Positions 1 to 9,180 of a DNA stretch of 55,534 nt are shown here, piece by piece (within the stretch, counting starts at the first letter, position 1; each line of letters opens with the position of its first letter). The notes beneath the pieces are model-generated. The model saw only the letters and a list, made by a program, of their open reading frames with translations, ran no database searches and had not been told where the DNA came from. Made by a program: the position numbers and the translations under genes. This stretch comes from Verrucomicrobiota bacterium (lineage in GTDB: Bacteria > Verrucomicrobiota > Verrucomicrobiia > Limisphaerales > UBA9464): the NCBI GenBank assembly GCA_046090125.1, contig JBJSZF010000296.1, forward strand, positions 1 through 55,534, given 5' to 3'.

Positions 1-1833
1 GACCGTCTGCCGACGCCCTTCGCCCGGGTACACCTTGAACCCCGAGTCCGGCCCGCGCGGGTACAGCCACAGGCGCACCACCTCGCCATTCGCATACAGC
101 AGCTCGTCCAGCTCCATCTGCGTCCAGTTGTGCAGACGGAAGTCGTCGATCGTGTCCGAGTCCTTGCCGCGAAACGTGAACCACGAGTCCAACACCGCCT
201 GCAACACAACCTGCTCCACCGGACGTCCCGCCCCATCCAGCACCTCCACCCGCGAGTCCAACCGCGAGCCCGAACGCGCCGCGTCCACGTCCACCGCCAA
301 GACCTCGCCCCGCCTCATGCGCACCCGCCACGCGTCCACGTCCCCCGGCCGTCCCATGCTGCCACGCGCCACCACCGGCCACGCCACCCTCCGCGCCTGC
401 CCCGGGGCGTCGTTGGGCTCGGCTTCCTCCACCTCGGCGGGGGGCGTGGCGTCTGGTGACCCGGCCGATGGGCCGGATAAGCCGGATAGGACGGATGGGA
501 CGGATCGGCTGGGTGGACCCGAGGCCCAACGCCAACGTCCCACGGAGCCGTCCATGCGTGCGGCCCACAGCACCGTGGCATCGCGGGACCAGCCCAGCGC
601 GGACGCCACCTCCCGGCCGACGGGCATCTCGCCGGCCGGCTCCAGGTCCGGCAGGCTCCATCGCTTCACCGTCTTGTCCGCCGCCGCCGTCGCCAGCCAT
701 CGGCCGTCCGCCGACACCGCCATGCGCAGCACCGCCGTGTCATGCGCGAACCGCGACGACGCCAAGGGCCGGATGCCCGGCGCATCCCCCGAAGTCATGC
801 GCCACCGGTAAATCCGGCGGTCCGCCCCCGTCGCCACCACGCCGGAACCATCCGGAAGGAACGCCACCGCGTTCACCTCGCCCTGCGGTTGGTTCAACGT
901 GTCCAGGCGCGCCCCGTCCGACACCCGCCACAGCTTCACCGTCTGGTCCGCCGACGCCGTCGCCAGGACCTTGCCCTCCGGGTCAAAGGCCAGGTCCGTC
1001 ACCGCGCCGTTGTGGATGGAGTTGGACCACGCGATGGCCCCGTCCGACATGCGCCACACGATCACCTTTCGGTCGTAGCCGCCCGTCGCGAGCCAACGGC
1101 CATCTGGCGACAGCTCCGCGTCCTGGACCACGTCCCGGTGCCCACCAACCTCCCGCTCGACGCGGCCCGTGCGGGCGTCCATCACGCGTGCGCCCCCGTT
1201 CAACCCCGGCAATCCAAACGCCACCACCCACCGAGCCCCGTCGGGTGTCCCATGAACGGACGGAACCTTGCCGGGGATGCCCTCCACCGTCCGGCGGGCC
1301 GTCGCGCCCTTCCCTGGACGCACCTCCAGCGCGCCCGTGCGGCCCGCAAGGACGCCTTCGTCGCCGCCCAGCACTGCCAGCGCCGTCAACGGCGGGCGCA
1401 CGCCCCGCGCCGCCGCCGTCTCCGGCACCGCCAGCTCCCGAAACAAGGACACGTCCCGTGCCGGACCCCGCGCGCCCTCCGCAATCCATTGGCGCAACAC
1501 CGCCACCTCCGACGCTGGCACCCGCGGCTCCTCCTTCGGCGGCATCGACGGCTTCGCCGTTCCCTGCAGCAGCCGCACGATCAACGAGCCCGAAGGATCG
1601 CCCGGCCGAACCGGGTCGCCCTGTTCGCCGCCCGCGCGCAACGACGCGAACGTTTCCACCGAGAAGTCGCCCTCGCGTCCGGCGTCGTCATGGCACGCGG
1701 CGCATCGGGCTCGAAGGATCGGGGCAACGTCGCGGGCGTAATCCACCGCGCCCTGCACGGCCGGAACCACGGCCAGCCATGCGGCCAGCATCAACGAAGG
1801 GAAGGGCAGCGTTCGCATCGGGTCGCCTTGCAT
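1..1833 (-). CDS. Secreted cytochrome c-domain (PSCyt1-like CxxCH) / WD40-repeat / pre-peptidase-C-terminal-like protein; 3' end runs off the left edge
   Basis: Absent from the ORF track because there is no stop inside the window. My minus-strand translation from ATG 1833 (alternative ATG 1818, same frame) is open down to base 1. It shows a signal-like MRTLPFPSLMLAAWLAVVPAVQG, then ILRARCAACHDDAGREGDF (CxxCH). WD40 units follow: GHRDVVQDAELSPDGRWLATGGYDRKVIVW and HNGAVTDLAFDPEGKVLATASADQTVKLW. An EPNDAPGQA...GDVDAWRV PPC-like segment comes last. The start lies 4 nt downstream of the preceding gene's stop. Confidence 0.8.
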   Translation of the reverse strand, partial: MQGDPMRTLPFPSLMLAAWLAVVPAVQGAVDYARDVAPILRARCAACHDDAGREGDFSVETFASLRAGGEQGDPVRPGDPSGSLIVRLLQGTAKPSMPPKEEPRVPASEVAVLRQWIAEGARGPARDVSLFRELAVPETAAARGVRPPLTALAVLGGDEGVLAGRTGALEVRPGKGATARRTVEGIPGKVPSVHGTPDGARWVVAFGLPGLNGGARVMDARTGRVEREVGGHRDVVQDAELSPDGRWLATGGYDRKVIVWRMSDGAIAWSNSIHNGAVTDLAFDPEGKVLATASADQTVKLWRVSDGARLDTLNQPQGEVNAVAFLPDGSGVVATGADRRIYRWRMTSGDAPGIRPLASSRFAHDTAVLRMAVSADGRWLATAAADKTVKRWSLPDLEPAGEMPVGREVASALGWSRDATVLWAARMDGSVGRWRWASGPPSRSVPSVLSGLSGPSAGSPDATPPAEVEEAEPNDAPGQARRVAWPVVARGSMGRPGDVDAWRVRMRRGEVLAVDVDAARSGSRLDSRVEVLDGAGRPVEQVVLQAVLDSWFTFRGKDSDTIDDFRLHNWTQMELDELLYANGEVVRLWLYPRGPDSGFKVYPGEGRRQTV

Positions 1834-1837
1834 GGGT

Positions 1838-4117
1838 TCAGTGCTGGAACAGGAACTCGCGGCTGGTGAGCAGCGACCACAACAAATCCTCGGCGACCTC
1901 GCTCCGCCCCGACGTCCCCGCCGCCGCCAACTGCGACGCCAACGCGGCCTTCTCCGCCGGGCGCGGCGGCCGCGACAAGCACAGCAGGTATGCCTCCTCC
2001 ACCAGGCGGCCGTCGTCCGCGATCTCCGACAACATCCGCGCCAGCCGCCCCTCGGGCGACGCCAGCTTGCCGTTCACCGTGTTGCCATTCGACAGGTGCA
2101 GCACCTGCACCAGGCTCGGCTGGTTCGAGCGCTCGCACTCGCACGTGATCTCCCGCTGGTTCCTCCCGAACGTCCGCAGGAAGTACGACTTCACCGACGC
2201 ATCCGCGAGCTGCAACGACCGCGTCACGTTCGTGAACTGCGTCGTCGCCTCCGTCGATCCATCCGACAACGCCAGCTCCGTGTACCGGTCCGGCACGCCC
2301 GTGACCGCCGCGATGGCGTCGCTGAGCACCTCCGCCGGCAGCCGCCGCGCAAAGTGCCGCGAGTAATGCCGGCGATCCTCGCGGTTCGCCACCAGCGGCT
2401 CGCCCGAGCGCGCATACGTCTCGCTCGTCAAAATCCACCGCATCAACGCCCGCAGGTCGTATCGGCTCGAAACCAGGAACGACGCCAACTCCGATAGCAA
2501 CGCCTCGTTCGACGCCGGGTTGGACACGCGCAGGTCATCCACCGGCTCCACCAACCCCACCCCCATGTACGCCGCCCACACCCGGTTCGCGATGGCCCGG
2601 CTGAAGTAGGGGTTCGACGGCGAGGTCAGCCACTCGGCCAGCACCTCGCGACGGTCGCGCGGGTCGGCGGGGTCCAACGGCGCGCCGTCCAGCGGGGCCG
2701 GCGGCTGCGGCTTGCCCGTGCGCGGCTGGATCAGGTCGCCACGCGCCTCCACGTACACCGTCCGCTTGCCGTCGCCGTTGCGTGCGTCCCCGCCCCAGCC
2801 CTTCGCCCGGACGCGCGCGAACAGGTTGGCAAAGCGGTAGTACTCGTCGTTCGTCCACTTCTCCAACGGATGGTTGTGGCAACGCGCGCAGTTGATCGAC
2901 AACCCCAGGAACGCCTGGCTCACGTTCTCCGCCATCGACTCCGGGTCCTGGTGGATCGCGTAGAAGTTCGAGGCCCCGTCCTCCAGCGACGATCCCCGCG
3001 ACGTCACCAGCTCCCGCACCATCCGGTCCCACGGCGCGTTCGTCGCCACGCGTTCGCGGATCCAACCGTGATACGCCTTCACCGACGCCGGCCGCAGCTT
3101 CGCCCCGCTCACCAGCAACACGTCCGACCACCGGTACGTCCAAGCGTCCACGAACTCCTCCGACGCCAGCATCCGGTCCACCCACCGCCCATGCTTTCCC
3201 GGGTCCGCATCCGCCACGAACCCGCGGACCTCGACGGGCGTGGGCAGTCGCCCGGCCGTGTCCAGCATCATGCGCCGCAGCCAGGTGGCATCGTCCGCGC
3301 GTGGCGAGGGAGCCAGTCGGAGCCGACGCAACTGCGCCTGCACCAACTGGTCGATGCGATTCGTTCCATCCAGCGCCTTCCACGCCGCCTCGTCCACGGC
3401 GTGCGGATGCGGAGCCACCACCCGCGCCACCACGATCTGCGACGCATACCACGCCGTCACCGCCCCCAGCCCCGGCCCCAGCACCGTCACCGTCCCCTGC
3501 CCGTCCACGGATGCCACCGTCTCGTCCGTCGAGGCAAAACGCGCCCAGCGCGTCACGTCGCGCCGACTCCCGTCGGAGTGCACCGCCGTCACCCGCACCG
3601 CCACCTTCTGGCCCGGGGCGACCTCCTGCTCGGCGGGTTCAACGACCAAGCGCACGACCTTTCGGTCGCGCGGCCCCGGCCCCGGCGCACCCGCCGCAAT
3701 CCAACGCGCCAGCGTCTGGTAATCCTCCGACCCCGGCTCCATGCGGCGCCCGCCCTTGTGCGGCACCGCGCCCGTTGGCTTTGTCAGCAACAGACTCAGG
3801 CCCGGCGCGCCCACCTCGATGCGACGCCCCTGCGACTCGCGTGTGATCGCCAGGTGATCCGCCTCCGGGTTGTACGCGAACAACGAGAGCCGGAACCCGC
3901 CCTTGCCCGCCAACGCACCGTGGCAACCGCCCCCGTTGCAGCCCGCCTTGGAAAGGATGGGCAACACGTCGTTGCGAAACGACGGCTCAGGGCCGTCGGC
4001 AGCCCGAGCCCTTCCGCCCAGCGCGCTGCACGCCACCCACGCCATGCAAGCCGCAAGCGTCCCAGCCGCCGCGCCCGCGCGCTGCATCCACGCCTTCACG
4101 CCCCGCGTCGTCCTCAT
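1838..4117 (-). CDS. DUF1549 / bacterial Ig-like / DUF1553 (PSD1-type) protein
   Basis: Lies within track ORF 1838..4636. In-frame ATG 4117 gives the signal-like MRTTRGVKAWMQRAGAAAGTLAACMAWVAC. Motifs: FRNDVLPILSKAGCNGGGCHG (DUF1549-type), Ig-like VAVRVTAVHSDGSRRDVT, and CARCHNHPLEKWTNDEYY (DUF1553-type). The start overlaps the upstream stop as ATGA at 4114-4117. Confidence 0.9.
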   Translation of the reverse strand: MRTTRGVKAWMQRAGAAAGTLAACMAWVACSALGGRARAADGPEPSFRNDVLPILSKAGCNGGGCHGALAGKGGFRLSLFAYNPEADHLAITRESQGRRIEVGAPGLSLLLTKPTGAVPHKGGRRMEPGSEDYQTLARWIAAGAPGPGPRDRKVVRLVVEPAEQEVAPGQKVAVRVTAVHSDGSRRDVTRWARFASTDETVASVDGQGTVTVLGPGLGAVTAWYASQIVVARVVAPHPHAVDEAAWKALDGTNRIDQLVQAQLRRLRLAPSPRADDATWLRRMMLDTAGRLPTPVEVRGFVADADPGKHGRWVDRMLASEEFVDAWTYRWSDVLLVSGAKLRPASVKAYHGWIRERVATNAPWDRMVRELVTSRGSSLEDGASNFYAIHQDPESMAENVSQAFLGLSINCARCHNHPLEKWTNDEYYRFANLFARVRAKGWGGDARNGDGKRTVYVEARGDLIQPRTGKPQPPAPLDGAPLDPADPRDRREVLAEWLTSPSNPYFSRAIANRVWAAYMGVGLVEPVDDLRVSNPASNEALLSELASFLVSSRYDLRALMRWILTSETYARSGEPLVANREDRRHYSRHFARRLPAEVLSDAIAAVTGVPDRYTELALSDGSTEATTQFTNVTRSLQLADASVKSYFLRTFGRNQREITCECERSNQPSLVQVLHLSNGNTVNGKLASPEGRLARMLSEIADDGRLVEEAYLLCLSRPPRPAEKAALASQLAAAGTSGRSEVAEDLLWSLLTSREFLFQH

Positions 4118-5505
4118 GCGAACAGCTCCTTGATGGGTTCCGTCCCAAGGTCCGTCAGCGGGAACGGCCGCCCGCCCGGCCCCGGCAAATGCCCGGCCGG
4201 ATCCAGCCCCAGGCTGTGGAAGATCGTCGCCACGATGTCGCCCGGCTTCACCGGCCGCTCGGCCGGATACCCCCCGATGGGGTCGCTCGCCCCCACGACG
4301 CGTCCGCCGCGCACCCCCCCGCCCGCGAAGTACACCGAGAAGCACTGCGGCCAATGGTCGCGCCCACCCGCAGGGTTGACCTTCGGCGTGCGCCCAAACT
4401 CCGCGAGGTTCGCCACCAACGTGTCCCCCAGCAGGCCGCGCTCGCCCAGGTCCTCGATCAACGCCGTGTACGCCCGGTCGTACATCGGGCACACGATGTC
4501 CTTCATCCCGGCAATCGACGTGAAGGGCTTCGACCCGTGGATGTCCCACGTGATCTCGTCGAACACCGTCAGGAACGTGTTGATCGTGACGAAGCGCACC
4601 CCCGCCTCCACCAAACGCCGCGCCAGCAGGCAGCACTGGCCAAACCGGTTCATCCCGTAGCGTTCCCGCACCTTCTCGGGCTCCCGCGACAGGTCGAACG
4701 CCGTCCGCGCCTGCTCGCTGGTCATCATCCGGAACGCCGCGTGGAAGTTCTCGTCCATCAACCGCGCGTCCTCGCTCGCCTCGAACGCCGCCGTGGCGCC
4801 CTCGACGATCTCCCGCATTCGCCGACGCCGCTCCAGCCGCGCCGCGCCGATCTGGTCTGGCGGCAGGAGGTCGGGCACACGGAAGTTCTTCTGCGACGGG
4901 TCCGCCATCAGCGCGAAGGGGTCATGGGCCTTGCCCAGGAAGCCGCCGGCCTGGCCATTGGGCAGGTTGCCACCGCCGCGTCCCATCAACTGTGGCAACA
5001 CCACGAACGGCGGCAGGTCCGTCCGCCGCCCCATCAGGTGCGACGCCACCGCGCCCGCATGCGGCGTCTGGATGCCGCCCGTGAAGCGCCGCCCCGTCTG
5101 CATGATCTGCCAGCCCGCGTCATGCACCGCCGCGCCGTCATGATGACACGACCGCACCAGCGAGAACCTGTCCGCGATGCGCGCGTGGCCCGGCAACAGC
5201 TCCGAAACCTCAAAGGCGTCGGACTTCGTCCGGATCGGCTTGAACGGCCCGCGCACCTCCGAGGGCGCGTCGGGCTTCATGTCCCAGAGGTCGAGGTGGC
5301 TGGGGCCGCCGAGGTTGAAGATCATGATGCACGAGCGCCGGTCGTGGCCCGGCCGCACGCGCCCCTCGGCCCGCGCGCGCATCAACTGGGGAAGCGACAA
5401 CCCCGCCGCGGCCAGCGCCCCCACCTGGAGGAACTCACGCCTCGAAGCCCCCGCCCCGCAAAGGCGCGCCCGGTCCGAGGGGGATTCCGCGAGGAAGTCG
5501 AACAT
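4114..5505 (-). CDS. DUF1501 (sulfatase-like) protein with twin-arginine signal
   Basis: 463-aa ORF. The N-terminus SRREFLQVGALAAAGLSLP is Tat-like. Conserved GGGNLPNGQAGGFLG and GRDHWPQCFSVYFAGGG blocks are typical of DUF1501, the usual partner of PSD1-type proteins. Confidence 0.9.
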   Translation of the reverse strand: MFDFLAESPSDRARLCGAGASRREFLQVGALAAAGLSLPQLMRARAEGRVRPGHDRRSCIMIFNLGGPSHLDLWDMKPDAPSEVRGPFKPIRTKSDAFEVSELLPGHARIADRFSLVRSCHHDGAAVHDAGWQIMQTGRRFTGGIQTPHAGAVASHLMGRRTDLPPFVVLPQLMGRGGGNLPNGQAGGFLGKAHDPFALMADPSQKNFRVPDLLPPDQIGAARLERRRRMREIVEGATAAFEASEDARLMDENFHAAFRMMTSEQARTAFDLSREPEKVRERYGMNRFGQCCLLARRLVEAGVRFVTINTFLTVFDEITWDIHGSKPFTSIAGMKDIVCPMYDRAYTALIEDLGERGLLGDTLVANLAEFGRTPKVNPAGGRDHWPQCFSVYFAGGGVRGGRVVGASDPIGGYPAERPVKPGDIVATIFHSLGLDPAGHLPGPGGRPFPLTDLGTEPIKELFA

Positions 5506-5950
5506 GCGGAGGTGGTATCACGACCCCCGTGCCCATGGCTAGGCCGGCCGCACGGACGGCCGCGAGCGGCGATGCACGTTTGTCTGCCCCCCCCCCATGA
5601 CCGTTCCCGCAATCTGGCTGCGCTCCGAGCCATGTCCTCTGCGTGCCGTCGCGTGGCCCATGGCTACCTGGCCATGACCAGCCATGCCTGAACTCGGGAC
5701 CCACCCGCGAGTCGCCTCCTGCCTGGGCCTGCTGCACCACCCGCCGCAGGCTTGTCCACCCCAACGGCGCCGAGGGTGCGCACCCGGCGCCTTGCCGCCC
5801 AGAGGTCAGCACGGTTGGCCGGCGCGGACACCACGGTGCCGCCAGCAGGATTCGGCACTGCGTCGTCCCGGAGGCAAAGGCTGCCAGGACGCTTGGGCTT
5901 CTGGGGGCGGCATCGCTGACATCAGGGAAAGGGTGTCGGCGCGAGGTGCC

Positions 5951-5983
5951 AGAAAACGAAAAGCTCGCCGGGAGGGCGAGCTT
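5951..5983 (-). terminator. Intrinsic terminator downstream of tRNA-Asp
   Basis: Perfect 9-bp stem AAGCTCGCC (5961-5969) / GGCGAGCTT (5975-5983) with a 5-nt loop. On the minus strand it is followed by TTTTCGTTTTCT. Confidence 0.6.
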
Positions 5984-5998
5984 GCACTTGCAGGAAAG

Positions 5999-6075
5999 TG
6001 GCGGGAGTGGCGGGGCTCGAACCCGTAACCTCTGCCGTGACAGGGCAGCGCTCTAACCAGTTGAGCTACACCCCC
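5999..6075 (-). tRNA. tRNA-Asp (anticodon GUC), CCA encoded
   Basis: Reverse complement folds as a cloverleaf. Acceptor GGGGGTG/CACTCCC; D arm GCTC-AACTGGTTA-GAGC; anticodon arm CTGCC-CTGTCAC-GGCAG (GTC); T arm with a TTCGAGC loop; discriminator G plus CCA. Confidence 0.9.
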
Positions 6076-6292
6076 GCAAGCGGCCCGTTGTTCTATCGGG
6101 ATGGCCAACGAGTTCAAGGGAATTCTCGGGGAATATCAAACTGCGGTGCCTGCCATCCTCGGGGCTCCCTGGACGAACATGAGAGACCGATGGGGCCGAA
6201 TGTTTGCGCGGGCCGTGAAACACGGCGACGCGTGTCGCCGGAAACGGCTTGTAACGAAGCCGGCGGCGATGGGCTACGCAGCGATGATTGCC

Positions 6293-7144
6293 ATGCAAAA
6301 TACATCATCCAATTCCAGTTCCAGTTCCGGCCCCAATCCATCACGCCGTCCCGCCCCGGGACGTCCCCCCGCGCAACCGACGCCGGGCGAGGGGCAACGA
6401 CCCGGCAACCTGGCCACCCCACCCAGTCCCGTTGGCACCTACTTCGTGACGTTGCGCTTGGCGGATGCCATGCCGAAGGAATGCCTCACGGACATCAAGG
6501 GGAGGGCGGCCGCGATGATCGAGGCGGAAAGCGGCGACGACCTGGCGCTGAAGCGGACCATCGCCCGGTTGATCGAGGAGGAACTCCATCGTTGGCACGG
6601 CGATTGTTGGCTGCGGGACGACGAGGTCGCGCGAACGGTGGTGGCCGCGTTGCAGTCCGGACACGGCCGGAAGTACACGTTGAGGGCATGGAGCCTGCTC
6701 CCGAACCACCTGCAGGCGGTCTTCAGCGTTGCCGACGGCGTGGACGCTGGATCCGTGGTCCGCGAATGGCGCAACTACACGACGCGCCAATTCAACCTCC
6801 TGGCCGGGCGCGACGCCGAGGAACTGTGGGAGAAAATGCCCTACCTCAAGGCGTGCATGGACGACGCCGAGGTGGTGAAGCGGGTACGGAACGTGGAGTT
6901 CCGCCCGGTGAACGCAGGCCTGTGCCGGAGGCCACGAGACTGGAAGTGGAGCAGCGCGCGGCAAGCAACGCCCACAAACCAAGCCGCGCCGCCCCCTGCC
7001 CAAAGCACGGCCGCCCCATCCCCTGCCCCGTCGCCCTCCACCACCAAACCCGATGGGGCAGTGCCCCGGCCAGTGCCCAGCAAGTCACCGCGTACGCCGG
7101 CACCGCCACGGCCCTCGCTGGACGACGAGGACCCGTTCGCGTAG
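6293..7144 (+). CDS. REP-associated tyrosine transposase (RAYT / IS200-like Y1) family protein, apparently catalytically degenerate
   Basis: Track ORF 6101..7144. The core runs GTYFVTLRL ... LLPNHLQAVF ... REWRNYTTRQFN ... LWEK ... RNVEFRPVNAGL ... WKWSS, which matches the RAYT layout. The start is uncertain: ATG at 6101, 6269, 6284 or 6293, and I chose 6293. The N-terminal about 50 aa are Ser/Pro-rich low complexity. Confidence 0.7.
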   Translation: MQNTSSNSSSSSGPNPSRRPAPGRPPAQPTPGEGQRPGNLATPPSPVGTYFVTLRLADAMPKECLTDIKGRAAAMIEAESGDDLALKRTIARLIEEELHRWHGDCWLRDDEVARTVVAALQSGHGRKYTLRAWSLLPNHLQAVFSVADGVDAGSVVREWRNYTTRQFNLLAGRDAEELWEKMPYLKACMDDAEVVKRVRNVEFRPVNAGLCRRPRDWKWSSARQATPTNQAAPPPAQSTAAPSPAPSPSTTKPDGAVPRPVPSKSPRTPAPPRPSLDDEDPFA

Positions 7145-7244
7145 CTGCAACGATTCATGGGGTGCGGACGTGGCGGCACAGCACATCCCTCCCACGCAAA
7201 CCCCTCCCCCCAATGGAAACGTTCCCAACCCCTGCGCGGGGTGG

Positions 7245-7961
7245 TCACGGGCGGGGTGCGGCGTCAAGGCGCCGCACCCACACGTTGCGATAGCGGACGG
7301 GGTTGCCGTGGTCCTGCAACACGATGGGGCCCTTGGGAGCGACCCCGGAGAACTTGGCGGCCGTCGTGGACCCGCCGGGGATGGGGATGTGGTCCTGGAC
7401 GAGCACGCCATTGTGGAGGACGGTGAAGGACCCGGGCTGGACCTTGCCATCGGGGCCGCCCTTGGGCGCATGAAAGACAATGTCGTAGGACTGCCATTGG
7501 CCAGGGCGCTGGCTGGCGTTCACGAGGGGGACAGCATGGCCGTAGAAGGAGGCGGCCTGGCCGTTCGGGTAGGTGGGGTTTTGGTAGGAGTCGAGAACTT
7601 GGATCTCGTAGCGGCCCTGGAAGTAAACGCCGCTGTTGCCCCGGCCCTGCCCCTCGCCCTTCACCTCGGCCGGTGACGCCCACTCGATGTGGAGCTGGAT
7701 GTCGCCGAACTCCTCCCGGGTCATGATGTCGCCCCCGTTCACCTGCATGGCTCCCTCCACCAGCTTCCACTTGGGCTCGCCGCCATTGCCCGCCTTCCAC
7801 TTCGACAAGTCCTTGCCATCGAACAACACGACGGCATCCGAGGGCGGCGGTGCGCCGTGCGAGAAGGTCGCGGCGGGCGTCACCACCGGCGGGGCGGGGT
7901 CGGCGGCCAAGGCGACGCAGGACAGGACCAGGAGTGGGAACGACAAACCGAGGTGCTTCAT
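7245..7961 (-). CDS. DUF1080 (3-keto-disaccharide hydrolase family) secreted protein
   Basis: In-frame ATG 7961 gives the signal MKHLGLSFPLLVLSCVALA. Motifs: LFDGKDLSKWK, FGDIQLHIEWA, GNSGVYFQGRYEIQVLD, IVLQDHGNPVRYRNVWVRRL. Confidence 0.9.
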   Translation of the reverse strand: MKHLGLSFPLLVLSCVALAADPAPPVVTPAATFSHGAPPPSDAVVLFDGKDLSKWKAGNGGEPKWKLVEGAMQVNGGDIMTREEFGDIQLHIEWASPAEVKGEGQGRGNSGVYFQGRYEIQVLDSYQNPTYPNGQAASFYGHAVPLVNASQRPGQWQSYDIVFHAPKGGPDGKVQPGSFTVLHNGVLVQDHIPIPGGSTTAAKFSGVAPKGPIVLQDHGNPVRYRNVWVRRLDAAPRP

Positions 7962-8317
7962 GCCCCCGTTGCTATCGCAGGCACGGGCCGTTGTCCCGAC
8001 GAATCGCGCCGGGGATGCCCCCGTGCCGGATGGCGCCGCCCCATGACGCGGCAATGCACGAGGTGGCCCCAGCATTTCCTGGGAGCGGGTGCCCCGTTGC
8101 CCCAAAAATGGCAGTTGGGCAGGCCGCGTGCCCGCACGCGGCGATGGCGATGCCGCATGCCCGGTGCGCCGGGTCAGGGGACCCGGCCTACAGCCGCGTC
8201 GAGCCCACCACGACCTCCCTCGCAGGGTGAGCCCTTGGGTTCCTGCCCGTGAGCCCATCCTCCCTGATGGGTGGGTCCTTTCCTCGTTTTGAAATCCTCT
8301 TCGACTGCCGTTTCTAG

Positions 8318-8340
8318 GCTGAATCGGCCCGGCTGAGGGA
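8318..8340. repeat. Partial copy of the REP-like repeat family
   Basis: GCTGAATCGGCCCGGCTGAGGGA matches 19807-19830 (ACTGAATCGGCCCAGCTCAGGGAA) at about 20 of 22 positions. It is intergenic. Confidence 0.4.
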
Positions 8341-8495
8341 TGCTACGCAGGAGCGCCGACGCATGGTGAAGGACTGGCCCTCGCCCTTTTGAGGGTTTCG
8401 AGGCGGTTGCAATCGACGGGTTGGGCGAGGGGTTCGACGACGTCCGGGAGGTGGTTGGCCTCCGATGCATTTGTGATGGAGGTCCGGCGCTGGAT

Positions 8496-9029
8496 CTAGG
8501 GAGCCCTGGATGGATCGTTGCGAGATCGGGAACGGCTTCGCTTTGCGGGAGTTTTCCGGCGGGGCTTTTGCTGTACCTGGAGGGTTCGGAGACAGTTTTG
8601 CAGGACGGGAATGATGCGCTGGTCCTTGGCCCGGTTGGCGGCCTGCTTGCTCGCAAGGATGCGGTGCAATGGCAGCACCTTGAGTTTCAATGGGCCTACG
8701 TGGATCCCCAAGGCGCACCTCCATTCGTCGGCAAACGGGCCAAGACCATCCATGCGGAGCACCACGTCGAATGGGTCACTGCCTGGCCCGCCCAGCATGG
8801 GCGGGTTGTATCCAAACGGCGGGATGTAGGCAGCACCCACCTCCTGAAGCGCCCGCGTCAACCTCGGGTCGGCCAAGTCGTCAAACCACAAGTCAATGTC
8901 CTCCGTCACGACCGGCGCTCCTTGCAAGGCGGCGGCGGAAAGGCCCACCACCATGAAGCGGACCTTGTGACGGACCAAGGCCGCCAACAGGCGCAGTTCA
9001 GCCCCTGAAAGCGGCAAAACCTCGGCCAC
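8496..9029 (-). CDS. Nucleotidyltransferase-fold protein (minimal NTase, TA-module-like)
   Basis: 177-aa ORF. HKVRFMVVGLSAAALQGAPVVTEDIDLWFDD resembles the G-x-A...T-x-D-x-D NTase core of small nucleotidyltransferase or DUF6036-like proteins. Confidence 0.6.
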   Translation of the reverse strand: MAEVLPLSGAELRLLAALVRHKVRFMVVGLSAAALQGAPVVTEDIDLWFDDLADPRLTRALQEVGAAYIPPFGYNPPMLGGPGSDPFDVVLRMDGLGPFADEWRCALGIHVGPLKLKVLPLHRILASKQAANRAKDQRIIPVLQNCLRTLQVQQKPRRKTPAKRSRSRSRNDPSRAP

Positions 9030-9180
9030 GGCGCAAACTCCGGTTCAGCCGCGCGAGCGGCGACGATTGGAGGCAAATCAACGTTCTGCGCACGTCTTCC
9101 GGATCGGCCTCGGGATGCTGGGCGATGACTGCGGCAACATCGTCGGCGAGCTTTTGAGCCCAACGAATGGCCCGGCGCAT
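8998..9180 (-). CDS. Small hypothetical protein, possible partner of the NTase-fold gene
   Basis: In-frame ATG 9180 within track ORF 8998..9243 (MRRAIRWAQKLADDVAAVIAQHPEADPEDV...). Its 3' end overlaps the NTase start by 32 nt. I recognise no family. Confidence 0.35.
   Translation of the reverse strand: MRRAIRWAQKLADDVAAVIAQHPEADPEDVRRTLICLQSSPLARLNRSLRRGRGFAAFRG

Noticed and set aside
456-2366. 636-aa plus-strand ORF, with overlapping ORFs 35..811 and 742..1869
   Set aside because: The composition is extremely Pro/Arg/Ala-rich. The ORFs lie antisense to a minus-strand frame with clear WD40, CxxCH and DUF1553 motifs. This is a typical high-GC shadow ORF.
5506-5998. Several 60-137-aa ORFs and a possible ncRNA in the about 490-nt gap between the DUF1501 gene and tRNA-Asp
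   Set aside because: The ORFs overlap one another in all frames with Arg/Pro/Gly-rich translations. Apart from the tRNA terminator hairpin, I recognised no conserved RNA motif (RNase P, SRP, tmRNA or 6S).
6078-6292. Integrase or genomic-island attachment site next to tRNA-Asp
   Set aside because: No integrase gene is present and I found no duplicated tRNA 3' segment in the window. Only the RAYT-like gene abuts the tRNA.
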